64,000 nucleotides of DNA from Candidatus Poribacteria bacterium (GCA_965214095.1 OZ243938.1:2240001-2304000), one strand, 5' to 3'. Positions 47,219 through 57,268 are shown, counted from the stretch's first letter. Translations and numbers: made by a program. Notes: generated by a model not told the origin, from the sequence alone.

Positions 47219-48562
47219 TTAATTCCCTTCATAAGCATCCAGTTTGCGGTATAAAGTTCTTACGCCAATGCCAAGTATTTTCGCAGCCTCAGTTTTATTG
47301 TCACCTGTTTCTTTGAGCGTCTTATAGATCGCAGCCTTTTCAATATCTGCCATCTTCATACCAACCCTACCTATGATTTTGTCCTCATCAAGTACAGGCA
47401 AATGCTCTACCGGTTTAGATGAAACTTCCTGCTGTTCTACCGATGTAACGATTGATGTAACCTCATCTTGTGTTAGATTTTCCAAGCCTTCTTGACTTGC
47501 TAAAAGAACATCATAGGCTTTCCTAAAAATATCGGCTGCATCGTCTGATTCTGCAATGTGTATCCACTCATTATCATCATCGGAAATTGGAATTCGCACT
47601 TGATCATCTATCGGCATAGAGTTTGATTTAAGCAGACGAGATACCAATGCAATCAGTGCTAAAATTGTTTTGTAAATGGCAACATTTTCTGTTGGAATAG
47701 TGTCAGTATTCTGGTTTACAAGTTGTATAGATGTCCCAGGTTCACCAGTGATTTGAACGGGTAACTTTGTCCGTCCAAATTCTGTATCTAAAGGAAAATC
47801 CTTCAGTTCAAGTTCATCTGATGTTGCTACAATGATGGCGGATTCAACGGCATTTCTGAGTTGGCGTATATTTCCTTGCCAGTCTGCATTTTGAAGATGG
47901 TTGAGCGCGTCCGGTTTTATACCAGTTACCGCTTTATTGTGTTTTTCGCTTAATTCAGATATGAAGGTATCTACAAAAAGCGGGATATCTTCACGCCTGT
48001 CTCGGAGTGGTGGAATCTGAATGTGGAATAGATTGAGCCTGTAGTAGAGGTCTTGTCTAAACTTTTTGTCCTTGACTGATTGTTCAAGATTGACATTTGT
48101 AGCTGCAAAAATTCGGACATTCACATGGACGTTTCTCTCACCACCGAGTCGTGTGAATTCTTGTGTTTCTAAAACACGGAGAAATTTTACCTGTACCTCA
48201 GGGGACATTTCCCCGATTTCATCAAGGAACAGAGTGCCTCCATCTGCAAGTTCAAACACACCACGTCGTTGACTTGTTGCACCCGTAAACGCCCCTTTTT
48301 CATGTCCAAAGAGTTCGCTTTGAAGTAGGTCTTGATAGAATACCCCGCAATTCACTGCTTTGAAGAGGCGATCTTTTCGTCTACTATTTTCGTGGATAAT
48401 CTGTGCGACTACCTCTTTTCCAACCCCTGTCTCTCCAGTGATAAGTACGGTGGCATCTGTTGGCGCGACTTGTGTGACTTGGTGCCAAACTTTTTGCATC
48501 GGTTCGGATTTACCGATGACAAGATGTGTATTGGGAATGGAAAGGGTTGGTGGCAGGTTCAT
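47219..48562 (-). CDS. Sigma-54 enhancer-binding protein (AAA+ and Fis HTH) lacking an N-terminal sensor domain
   Basis: GETGVGKE, SELFGHEKGAFTGA, LFLDEIGE, FR.DLYYRL, W.GNIRQL.N, C-terminal NKTEAAKILGIG.RTLYRKL. Confidence 0.92.
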   Translation of the reverse strand: MNLPPTLSIPNTHLVIGKSEPMQKVWHQVTQVAPTDATVLITGETGVGKEVVAQIIHENSRRKDRLFKAVNCGVFYQDLLQSELFGHEKGAFTGATSQRRGVFELADGGTLFLDEIGEMSPEVQVKFLRVLETQEFTRLGGERNVHVNVRIFAATNVNLEQSVKDKKFRQDLYYRLNLFHIQIPPLRDRREDIPLFVDTFISELSEKHNKAVTGIKPDALNHLQNADWQGNIRQLRNAVESAIIVATSDELELKDFPLDTEFGRTKLPVQITGEPGTSIQLVNQNTDTIPTENVAIYKTILALIALVSRLLKSNSMPIDDQVRIPISDDDNEWIHIAESDDAADIFRKAYDVLLASQEGLENLTQDEVTSIVTSVEQQEVSSKPVEHLPVLDEDKIIGRVGMKMADIEKAAIYKTLKETGDNKTEAAKILGIGVRTLYRKLDAYEGN

Positions 48563-48605
48563 TTCGATCCTTATGAAATCCTTGATGTATGTTCACCCAA
48601 CTATT

Positions 48606-49310
48606 TCATTGGATAATGTCGAGGATCAGTTGTGGGTCATTCTTAATATCTTCAAATACTTGAATACCATTGTTATATATCTTCTTACACAACCTTTTGA
48701 ACACAAGTCCTTTCATATCATTATAAGTGGTGTGCAATTGCTTCCTTAAAATTTCTCCTGCCAATATACAATGGTAATTTGGAAGCTCAAGTTCAATGAT
48801 CATTTTCCTGTCAGTCTTGCCCAGAAGGAAAATCTGAGTAACCAAATCCGTACCCTGAATAGGAAGTTGCAATGCTTTAACGTATTTTCCACCTAACAAA
48901 AAGAAAACAAGATCATAATTTTTGACTAATTTTTTTATATTCGCATTAAGTTTCTCTCTGCCGCTGCCGCATAAAATATCACTTTCACCGTTAGGAACAT
49001 TGTAAGGAACTATATCCTTACGTTCATTGATTAGTCCAAATCCTGTTGAAATAATGTGTAAATCAATAGTTGTTTTCCCGGATTGATTATGTTCTCTGAC
49101 ACTTCTTAATCCATCCATCAACAATATATGACCGCGACCTTTATACATATCTGCAGCAGGTGCTTTGTAATCACTGAGTTCTTTTATTCGCATAGGTAGA
49201 TGATTGGGATCGGAAGATTGAAAATCTGTAGGTTTAAGTTGGTTGGGAAGTCTCCTATATTTCTGCGTAGCCGTGCATGGACTAATTATCAATATCTTCA
49301 TTAGTTTCAT
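48606..49310 (-). CDS. Hypothetical protein, YaaA/DUF6884-like (paralog 1)
   Basis: MKILIISPCT..QK, PAADMY.G.GH....G...R, DL.IISTGFGL......IVPY, YDLVFFLLG..Y. Confidence 0.6.
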   Translation of the reverse strand: MKLMKILIISPCTATQKYRRLPNQLKPTDFQSSDPNHLPMRIKELSDYKAPAADMYKGRGHILLMDGLRSVREHNQSGKTTIDLHIISTGFGLINERKDIVPYNVPNGESDILCGSGREKLNANIKKLVKNYDLVFFLLGGKYVKALQLPIQGTDLVTQIFLLGKTDRKMIIELELPNYHCILAGEILRKQLHTTYNDMKGLVFKRLCKKIYNNGIQVFEDIKNDPQLILDIIQ

Positions 49311-49315
49311 CTGCT

Positions 49316-50059
49316 TTACTGTTTCTGCACAATCTCAATCAACCGCTGCGGATCATTCTTCACTTCCTCAAATACGTGAAAGCCATCACGACACGCAGCC
49401 TCACACAACCGTCGAATCACAACACCCTTCAATGCATAATTTGAGGTGCGTAGACCTTTCTGCAAATCTCTCCCTGTCTCAACAACATGGACATTCGGCA
49501 AATCTTCATTGACCGCCTTTCTCTGACTTTTAGGCAATAGGAAAACTAACGGGACCGAACGTTCCACTTCAAAAACGCGCTGCAATGACTCTATATCGTC
49601 CGGTCTCAATAACGAAAAAACAAGATCATACCTTTCAAGTAATTCCACCGTCCGTTCAGGAACACCACTATCATCAAACTCCATGACATCAAGTTCGTGA
49701 AGTGGAGCAGTGTCAAAGGGAATAACAATGTCCTTTTCGTTCACTGGGTTCTTTTTGCCATCTATACGACAATAATACCACGGAAAATATAGGTCAACGA
49801 TATTCTTTCCATAATGTTCATGTTCTCTAATCAGATTCAAGCCTTCACGTAGTTGAACAAATAGAGGTCCAGTGAACATTTCACCTGCAGATAAGCGGTA
49901 GTCGTTACTTTTGTTATACCATCCCTCAGCATTGAAACCGCACAATTCTTTTATACGTGCCTTCAGTTTGTCGGATGAACTGCAATCTTCAGCACTGAGA
50001 GGATTGTCAAGTTTATGTTTCTGTCCCGTTGTGTAAGAATTAAAAATTAATATTTTCAT
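49316..50059 (-). CDS. Hypothetical protein, YaaA/DUF6884-like (diverged paralog 2)
   Basis: Start MKILIFNS at 50059, 4 nt after the secF stop; SAGEMFTG, DIVIPFD, YDLVFSLL, KG.V..RLC...G..VFE.VKNDPQ shared with paralog 1. Confidence 0.6.
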   Translation of the reverse strand: MKILIFNSYTTGQKHKLDNPLSAEDCSSSDKLKARIKELCGFNAEGWYNKSNDYRLSAGEMFTGPLFVQLREGLNLIREHEHYGKNIVDLYFPWYYCRIDGKKNPVNEKDIVIPFDTAPLHELDVMEFDDSGVPERTVELLERYDLVFSLLRPDDIESLQRVFEVERSVPLVFLLPKSQRKAVNEDLPNVHVVETGRDLQKGLRTSNYALKGVVIRRLCEAACRDGFHVFEEVKNDPQRLIEIVQKQ

Positions 50060-50063
50060 AAAA

Positions 50064-51404
50064 CTATGCTTTGGCACCTTGTTCTTTTTGTTGCCAAATA
50101 TAAAGTATCGGACTGGCAATAAAGACAGATGAATAAGTTCCTATCAAGACGCCAACGATCAAGGCTAATGCAAATGTATTTATCTCCTCTCCCGGACTGG
50201 AAAGGACAAAAATGACAGCAACGACAAACAGGGTTGTTATTGAAGTGATAACGGTTCGACTTAGCGATTGATTGATGCTTCGGTTTAACACGTCAATGTA
50301 TTCAGTGCCGCGTAAAGATGCACCGTTTTCGCGAATTCTGTCAAACACAACAATTGTGTCGTTGAGTGAATATCCAATAATCGTAAGGAATGCCGCGACG
50401 GTAGGAAGATTTATCTCTTTTGAAAAGATAGCAAAGATGCCTAATGTGATAAGTACATCGTGAACGAGTGCAGCAATCGCACCGATGGCAAAACGGAATT
50501 CAAAACGCCACGATATATAGAGCAGTAAAATTGCGATTGATGCCAGAACCGACCAGAGTGCTGCCCATTGTAGATCACGGCCTACACTCGGTCCTACTTC
50601 AATGACATTTACACCCTCTGGGACAGATTTCCAACCGTCTCCCCCTTCAAATAGTGCTTCAGCAAGGATACCTCCAACGCTTGCTTGTATTTGAATAATG
50701 GCATTTTCAGTTAAATCAATACCGATTTCTTCGGCAAGTGCCACTTGCATCACTGTGCCATCAGCAATTAGTTTCACAGAACTAACCTGATTTTGTCTTC
50801 GCTCATCACCATCTACAAACTCTATTATGTCGTTCTCTGATAAAAGATGCACTTTCTCAACTGTGCTGCTGACTTGAATGTTCTTTGCAGTTGCATCTCC
50901 AGGGTCAGACAAAATAGGTATGTTGATGGACTGTTGCTGGAAATCGGGACGATATCCTATTGAGATGAACACCTCGTTTTCTATAGGATATTTTCCCGGT
51001 TCAATCTGAATCTTAGCTTCATAACCTAAGCTGCTCAACTTCGCTTCTAATTCAGTTTCAGTTATAACAGCTTTACCTGTTGGTAGTTCAAGTTTTTTAT
51101 CATAACCTTTGTCGTTTAGTTTTTCTTGCAGTTCAGTCTCAGTTATAACCGTTTCGCCAGATGCCATATTAATCACATTCGTATCAAGACCTAATTCGGT
51201 CAGTTTTGCTTGTAACTCAGTTTCTGTTAACGGTCTACTGATTTTTGCATGAACTTTGACCCCGCCACGGAAGTCAATTCCGAAATTCGGACCGCCTTGG
51301 ACAAAAAGAAAAACAATACCGATACTGATTAGGACAGCAGAAAACAAAAATCCGGTACGATGTCTATTAATAAAATCAAATTTTGTATCTCTTAGGAATT
51401 GCAA
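50064..51404 (-). CDS. secF: Protein translocase subunit SecF with enlarged periplasmic domain
   Basis: GIDFRGG, VGP.VG..L, Y...RFE, HDV, IIGYSLNDTIVVFDRIREN, LSRT..TS.TT, GTYSS.FIA. Confidence 0.95.
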   Translation of the reverse strand: MQFLRDTKFDFINRHRTGFLFSAVLISIGIVFLFVQGGPNFGIDFRGGVKVHAKISRPLTETELQAKLTELGLDTNVINMASGETVITETELQEKLNDKGYDKKLELPTGKAVITETELEAKLSSLGYEAKIQIEPGKYPIENEVFISIGYRPDFQQQSINIPILSDPGDATAKNIQVSSTVEKVHLLSENDIIEFVDGDERRQNQVSSVKLIADGTVMQVALAEEIGIDLTENAIIQIQASVGGILAEALFEGGDGWKSVPEGVNVIEVGPSVGRDLQWAALWSVLASIAILLLYISWRFEFRFAIGAIAALVHDVLITLGIFAIFSKEINLPTVAAFLTIIGYSLNDTIVVFDRIRENGASLRGTEYIDVLNRSINQSLSRTVITSITTLFVVAVIFVLSSPGEEINTFALALIVGVLIGTYSSVFIASPILYIWQQKEQGAKA

Positions 51405-51431
51405 TTTCTAAATCCTTCCATATTCAGTGTT

Positions 51432-53381
51432 TTAGATGCTTAATTTCTTTACATCTCTATTGCCGATTGTCAACCCGTATACCTCTCGTGTTACAATAAT
51501 CGCAGTGAACATACTTGCGAGAATACCTATACCGAGTGTTATGGCGAACCCTTTTATCGGACCTGTCCCAAATTGATATAGGACAAGAGCGGTAAAGAAC
51601 GTGGTGAGATTGGCATCCAGAATAGTTACAAAAGCGCGTTGATAACCACTCGTGATGGCATCCCAGACCGATTTTCCTGTTCGTAACTCCTCGCGTATAC
51701 GTTCAAAAATAAGTACATTCGCGTCAACGGACATCCCAATTGTCAAGACTAATCCCGCGATACCAGGGAGTGTCAATGCCGCCCCGAAACCTGCTAATGC
51801 ACCAAGAATGATAATCATATTGAAGACAAGAGCAAGGATAGCAATAAATCCCGATAAGCGATAATAAATAATCATAAATATCAAAACACCGAGAAGTCCA
51901 ATGATTGCAGCTTTTATACCATTATCAATAGAATCTTGACCGAGACTGGGACCGACAGCACGTTCTTCACCAACTTGCACACCAACAGGAAATGCACCTG
52001 CGTTGAGGATATTTGCAAGATAGTTTGCTTCCTCAAAATTGAAGTTACCTTCAATCATTGCACTTCCTCTTATCTGCGAGTTGATTCTGGGGGCAGATTG
52101 CACCTTATCGTCAAGAAGAATTGCCAAATGTTCTCCGATATGAGCACCCGTGATTTTAGCAAATTTGGTTGTACCTTCAGAGTCAAAATCCATCAGGACA
52201 ACGATTTCAAAACTCGTACTACCTGTACTGGCTCTGGAATCCTTGATGTTATGTCCTGAAAGCAGCACTGGACTTTCTAAAACATACCAATCGCCTGTTT
52301 CATGATGATACCGAATTTCTGTGTCCTCTGGAAGATTATCTGGGGGTGGTGTGTTTGCTGAACCCGACCAAAAATTACCACCAGAAGGATTTTTTGCTAC
52401 CATCTTGAACTCTAATCGACCCATTGTTTGCACTATACGAAGCGGTCCCGATGAATCCTTTGCTCCCGGTAACTCTATGATAATTCGTGGACGATTTGCT
52501 TCCTGACGGATAGACGGTTCGGCAACACCAAAAGCATCAACTCTATTTCTTAAGACAATCAATACACGTTCAATTGCTTGATCGCTGTATTTCTGCATTC
52601 CTTGTTCAGTTAAGCGAAGTTGATAGGTAGATTGTGTGTCCTTTGCAACAGCTGCCTCTGCATTTTCAAAATAATCTACCTCATTTAACAAATCTACAGC
52701 TTTTTGCAGGTACTCATCCTTCTGTGCTTGATCTGATCTAAGTCGAGAAGGGATTTCAATAAGTACATTCAATGCATCTTCCCCATCAACCTGATCAACT
52801 TGTCGGCACAAAATTTGTTCAGCTCTAAGCATCTCAGGAATAGTGTATGTATGTGCTTTCAACAATTCACTTTTAGATTTCTCCAGATCAACTTCCAGGA
52901 CAAGGTGAACACCGCCTTTCAAATCTAACCCTAACTTCAGACGATTTCCCGGCAGAACTGGTCTCAAAGACGTTGGAATACTACCGTATAGATGTAAATT
53001 CTCCAAAGTAGCAGCAGGGTTTACTTTCGCTTTGTCGGAGACAAGTTTGACAAAAAATTCTTTGGTTTCAGTAGTATCAAACTGGTAGTCAACCGTTTCT
53101 TCAAAATCGAGTTTTTCTAAATGGACTGTGAAAACATCCTGGAGTTCATCAATTGCCTCTTGGAAGTTTTTTCCCTCCGGATATTCTACGTCCGCTAAGT
53201 TTACTTTAATTGCGTTGTCTTCAGTGATTTCAAAATGCGGGAGTGATTTCTGCATCCACAACGGCAAATTGCCATACAACGGCAAATAAAGACTTTCTGG
53301 TGTAGGAATAAGGTATAGAACTGATAACAGTAATACACCGATAATTAAAACAATTTTCCAGATATTGAATCTGTACATCAA
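51432..53381 (-). CDS. secD: Protein translocase subunit SecD
   Basis: LGLDLKGG, RVD.FGVAEP, VGPSLG.DSI, LTLPGIAG..LTIGMSVDANVLIFERIREE. Confidence 0.96.
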   Translation of the reverse strand: MMYRFNIWKIVLIIGVLLLSVLYLIPTPESLYLPLYGNLPLWMQKSLPHFEITEDNAIKVNLADVEYPEGKNFQEAIDELQDVFTVHLEKLDFEETVDYQFDTTETKEFFVKLVSDKAKVNPAATLENLHLYGSIPTSLRPVLPGNRLKLGLDLKGGVHLVLEVDLEKSKSELLKAHTYTIPEMLRAEQILCRQVDQVDGEDALNVLIEIPSRLRSDQAQKDEYLQKAVDLLNEVDYFENAEAAVAKDTQSTYQLRLTEQGMQKYSDQAIERVLIVLRNRVDAFGVAEPSIRQEANRPRIIIELPGAKDSSGPLRIVQTMGRLEFKMVAKNPSGGNFWSGSANTPPPDNLPEDTEIRYHHETGDWYVLESPVLLSGHNIKDSRASTGSTSFEIVVLMDFDSEGTTKFAKITGAHIGEHLAILLDDKVQSAPRINSQIRGSAMIEGNFNFEEANYLANILNAGAFPVGVQVGEERAVGPSLGQDSIDNGIKAAIIGLLGVLIFMIIYYRLSGFIAILALVFNMIIILGALAGFGAALTLPGIAGLVLTIGMSVDANVLIFERIREELRTGKSVWDAITSGYQRAFVTILDANLTTFFTALVLYQFGTGPIKGFAITLGIGILASMFTAIIVTREVYGLTIGNRDVKKLSI

Positions 53382-53627
53382 ATGCTCCTATTCTCTATTA
53401 CTATATTTACGGATGATAGAACTCTGCAGATTATGGATATAATCTTAATACGTGTTTGTTATGTTCAGTAATCCTATGATAATTCCTTAGGATAAAAATA
53501 TTGTTATTGAAGCGTAGTCTACCTTTCATCCGTAATTCTTCAATCGTTGTACATATCTGAAAAGTGAATACTCACAAGATATGTCTTTGAGATGACCACA
53601 CTTTCATTTCTTTGAGGTATATTATTA

Positions 53628-53703
53628 TGGTGCGCCTGGGAGGAATCGAACCCCCGACACGAGGCTTAGGAAGCCCCTGCTCTATCCCCTGAGCTACAGG
53701 CGC
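53628..53703 (-). tRNA. tRNA-Arg(CCT)
   Basis: Reverse complement GCGCCTGTAGCTCAGGGGATAGAGCAGGGGCTTCCTAAGCCTCGTGTCGGGGGTTCGATTCCTCCCAGGCGCACCA; anticodon CCT; CCA encoded. Confidence 0.95.
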
Positions 53704-53762
53704 GTCAACTTTAGGAACTACCAATACGATAATCTACTACCCTCGTTGAATTACAATCTATC

Positions 53763-54278
53763 CTAATATTCAACAAGAGAAAAGATCGGTGGTCCTGTAA
53801 CTTTTTTTCTACCCTCAAATTCCGTTAATTCTAATAAAAGCGCAACGCCAATTATTTCCGCCTCCAACTGTTTAACGAGTTCAATTGAGGCAGAAAGCGT
53901 TCCACCAGTCGCCAATACATCATCACATATTAGCACACGACTCCCACGCGGAAAAGCATCCTGATGAATAGCAAGCGTGTCTGTACCATATTCCAGATTA
54001 TAGGTCACTTCATAACAATCAAAAGGCAGTTTGCCACTCTTACGGATAGGAACGAAACCTAAATCTAATCGGTGCGCAAGTGCCGCACCTAAGATAAAAC
54101 CACGAGCATCAATGCCTACAATTACATCAATCAACTCAGATTTAAAACGGTTTGCGAACACATCAATTGCTGCATTAAATGCTGATCCGTTTCCTAAGAG
54201 AGGTGAAATATCTTTAAAACTGACACCTTGCGTGGGGAAATTGGGTATTACTCGGATATATTTTGAAAAATCGCTCAT
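53763..54278 (-). CDS. apt: Adenine phosphoribosyltransferase
   Basis: IP.FP..GV.FKDI.PLL, DARGF, RK.GKLP, LEYG.D, DDVLATGGT. Confidence 0.95.
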   Translation of the reverse strand: MSDFSKYIRVIPNFPTQGVSFKDISPLLGNGSAFNAAIDVFANRFKSELIDVIVGIDARGFILGAALAHRLDLGFVPIRKSGKLPFDCYEVTYNLEYGTDTLAIHQDAFPRGSRVLICDDVLATGGTLSASIELVKQLEAEIIGVALLLELTEFEGRKKVTGPPIFSLVEY

Positions 54279-54310
54279 ACCTACTTAATTTGACACCTCC
54301 TTGTAATATT

Positions 54311-55363
54311 TTATATAGGTTCAGCATGCGGATGAATCATTATTTTCATTCCTTGTCGGGATTCCATAGTTTCAAAAGCTTTATCAATTTCTGTAAGTGG
54401 AAAATGGTGAGTAATGAGCGGTTGTACCCGAACTAATCCTTTTTCAAGAAGTTCAACTGCTAACTCATGGTGTCGAGGAACACAGCCGTGAGAACCCGTT
54501 ACGAAACACTCTTTATAATGAATTGTGTTTGAAAGCACGTTCATTGGACGCATGGTCTTTGGTAATCCACCGAATAGGTTAACATAACCGCGGTGTGCTA
54601 CCATTTCAACCCCCTGTTCATGTGCTTCAACTGAACCGCAAGTCGTAACAACGATATCTGCTCCTTCACCATTCGTTTCTTCACGGCAACGTTCAACTAC
54701 ATCCTCTTCTTCTGAGGCAATATAAACATCTGCTTCGTAGAACTTTGCTATTTCCATCCGGAGTTTGCTACGTTGAACACCAATCACTTTCGTTGCACCC
54801 ATCACACGTGCAAGGTCAATCATCATGCAACCGATCGGTCCCAATCCAATAATCACAACACTCTTCCCAAGAGACATGTTCACCAACTCAAGACCATTAA
54901 TTGCACAAGCGAGAGGTTCTGCAAGGGCGGCTTCGTCAAAACTGAGACCAGTACCAAATGCTGTAACAGGACCTTCTTCCAAAACCAAGCGAGGTAGTTT
55001 CATATATTGAGCAAATGCCCCGGGTATTTGGTATCCGATGGCGTAATTAATTGCACAATTATTACCGAGGCCATTTCTGCACCAATGACACTGTCCACAC
55101 GGCACATCCGCACCGATGGACACGCGGTCACCTTCTTTTACACGCGACACGTTTTTACCGACTTTAACAACAACGCCTGAGTTTTCGTGCCCAATAATCG
55201 TCGGTGGTTCAACGCGTGGGTTGCCATGATGGAAAATACGAACATCGGATCCACAGATACTGACCGATTCAATTCGCATTAGCGCGGATTCACTATCTAT
55301 TTCCGGTTCAGGCACATCTGTCACATTGAAGTTTTCAAGGCTTTCAAGTATAGCCGCTTTCAT
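54311..55363 (-). CDS. Zinc-dependent polyol dehydrogenase (MDR family, L-iditol 2-dehydrogenase-like)
   Basis: ICGSD, GHE.SG, C..C..C..G....C, AEPLAC, G.GPIG. Confidence 0.88.
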   Translation of the reverse strand: MKAAILESLENFNVTDVPEPEIDSESALMRIESVSICGSDVRIFHHGNPRVEPPTIIGHENSGVVVKVGKNVSRVKEGDRVSIGADVPCGQCHWCRNGLGNNCAINYAIGYQIPGAFAQYMKLPRLVLEEGPVTAFGTGLSFDEAALAEPLACAINGLELVNMSLGKSVVIIGLGPIGCMMIDLARVMGATKVIGVQRSKLRMEIAKFYEADVYIASEEEDVVERCREETNGEGADIVVTTCGSVEAHEQGVEMVAHRGYVNLFGGLPKTMRPMNVLSNTIHYKECFVTGSHGCVPRHHELAVELLEKGLVRVQPLITHHFPLTEIDKAFETMESRQGMKIMIHPHAEPI

Positions 55364-55387
55364 ATTTCCTCTTGTTTTAGATATTAA

Positions 55388-56449
55388 TTACGGTTGAATA
55401 AGAACTTTAGCATAAAATTCGGTTTTATCTCTCATCATGTTTAAGACTTTAATAGTTTCTGTCAATGGCACTTTGTGAGTAATAAGCGGAAAAAGATCTA
55501 ACTTTCCAGATGCCATCGCTTGCAGTACCGTCCGCCAATCATCGTCGTTACCAGATACACTGTAATCGGAATTCCATGTTCCCAAGATACGAACTTCGCG
55601 TCGCATTAGTTGTGAGATCAGTGATGCAGGAAGGGTTACATCTCCAATTGGATTCCCTAACAACACCACACTCCCACCGCGTCGAACACTCCCTAACGCA
55701 TATAAATAAGTTTGTGGTACACCAGCTGCTTCAATACATACATGTGCACCTTCTCCTGCTGTCTGTGTGTTGACAACATCAATCGGGTCTACCCGCGTGC
55801 TGTTAAATACGTCTTCAAAACCGAGACGTTTTGCTAATTCAAGTTTATCGGGTATAATGTCAAACAGCAGTACTTGTGTAGAACCCATAGTCCTTGCCCA
55901 TTGTGCTACCATCAACCCGATTGGACCGGTGCCAAAAATCGCCACCGTTTTTCCTACAAGTGACTCCTGGACCCGTTGAATTGCATGGAGTGCTACAGCA
56001 GCAGGTTCAGTCTGTGCTGCCTCTGCTAACGTTACACCTTCGGGGATGCGAATGATATTCTCTTTTGGTGCAACAACAAATTCAGCAAATGCACCATCAC
56101 TTCGTGAACCGAGGTAGTCGTAGTCGCTACATTGAACATATTTCCCGTTCTCACAAGCCACACAAGTTCCACACCAGATAAGCGGAAAAACGACAACATT
56201 GTCTCCCTGTTTGAATTCATCAACACCTGCCCCACATAAATCCACCGTTCCAGCAAATTCATGTCCACAGACTGTAGGAAAACTATATGTGCCTTTAGAG
56301 AATATCCTCGGAATATCTGAACCACATACACCACAGAAGCCAATTCGGACTCGGACGTGTCCATCAGAGACGGTTGGAATAGACATCTGTTCTAAACGCA
56401 AATCTCCAACACCGTGGAGGACAAGTGCCTCCATCAGTCCGTTTTCCAT
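55388..56449 (-). CDS. Zinc-dependent dehydrogenase (galactitol-1-phosphate 5-dehydrogenase-like)
   Basis: GVCGSD.PR, GHEFAG, C..C..C..G....C..YDYLGSR.DG.FAE, EPAAVA.H, G.WNS. Confidence 0.88.
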   Translation of the reverse strand: MENGLMEALVLHGVGDLRLEQMSIPTVSDGHVRVRIGFCGVCGSDIPRIFSKGTYSFPTVCGHEFAGTVDLCGAGVDEFKQGDNVVVFPLIWCGTCVACENGKYVQCSDYDYLGSRSDGAFAEFVVAPKENIIRIPEGVTLAEAAQTEPAAVALHAIQRVQESLVGKTVAIFGTGPIGLMVAQWARTMGSTQVLLFDIIPDKLELAKRLGFEDVFNSTRVDPIDVVNTQTAGEGAHVCIEAAGVPQTYLYALGSVRRGGSVVLLGNPIGDVTLPASLISQLMRREVRILGTWNSDYSVSGNDDDWRTVLQAMASGKLDLFPLITHKVPLTETIKVLNMMRDKTEFYAKVLIQP

Positions 56450-57174
56450 TATACGCCTCTATCTTCAAGTCCAAGTGAAATCGCCTGATGAATCCGTTTT
56501 ACATTTTCTGTGCGTGAACCGGATTTCTGAAAAACGCTACTGCTTCCTCCGACTAAGATATCTGCCCCTGCCGCTACCATTTTCGGTATATTTTCAAAAC
56601 TGACATTTCCGTCCACTTCAATTGGCATGTTCACACCTTGTTTGTCCAAATAGGCTCGACAATCTGAGATTTTTCGTAATGTCGCAGGTACTAACTTCTG
56701 ACCGGCAAATCCCGGATTCACTGTCATAATTAGCACAAAGTCAAGTCTATCAACAACATAAGTCAGCGCGGAAAGCGGGGTCGCTGGATTCAAAGCAACA
56801 CCCGCTTTAATATCATACCCTTGAATTACTGATAAGGTTCTGTCCAGATGGATAGCAGATTCAGCGTGTACAGCGATCTGTTGCACACCGATCTTTGCAA
56901 CTGCTTCTACAAAAAAATCGTTATTATCCACCATCAAATGAATGTCAAACTCACAATCGGTCTTATCGCGTAGTTGTTCTATGAGTGCCAAACCGATTGG
57001 CATGTTAGGGACGAAGTGTGCGTCCATCAAGTCAAAATGAAGTAGGTCTATCCCCGATTTTTCTAATAATTGAATATCTTTTTCTAAATTACAGAGGTTA
57101 GCACACATAACTGATGGTGCTATGCGGATGTTGTTATTTTTAGTGTTTGGGGATTGACTCTCAGGAGTCGGCAA
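56449..57174 (-). CDS. rpe: Ribulose-phosphate 3-epimerase family protein (Rpe/AlsE-like)
   Basis: IAPS, H.D.MD.HFVPN, DIHLMV, ALNPATP, MTVNPGFAGQ, EVDG; substrate may be a hexulose phosphate. Confidence 0.85.
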   Translation of the reverse strand: MPTPESQSPNTKNNNIRIAPSVMCANLCNLEKDIQLLEKSGIDLLHFDLMDAHFVPNMPIGLALIEQLRDKTDCEFDIHLMVDNNDFFVEAVAKIGVQQIAVHAESAIHLDRTLSVIQGYDIKAGVALNPATPLSALTYVVDRLDFVLIMTVNPGFAGQKLVPATLRKISDCRAYLDKQGVNMPIEVDGNVSFENIPKMVAAGADILVGGSSSVFQKSGSRTENVKRIHQAISLGLEDRGV

Positions 57175-57268
57175 GGTTTTTCTCCAAATAAATTCGTGTA
57201 TTTCAATTTTATTATTATAACATGAAATGAGTGAATTGTCAAATTTTGGGTAAGGTGGTTAGGAACAT

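Noticed and set aside
53628-53703. tRNA-Arg or tRNA-Pro as integration site of a genomic island
   Set aside because: No integrase and no duplicated tRNA 3' end seen in the window
40455-54278. mtnK, apt and the aldolase-like gene as a methylthioadenosine salvage cluster
   Set aside because: Genes are far apart and mtnA/mtnB/mtnN are not present
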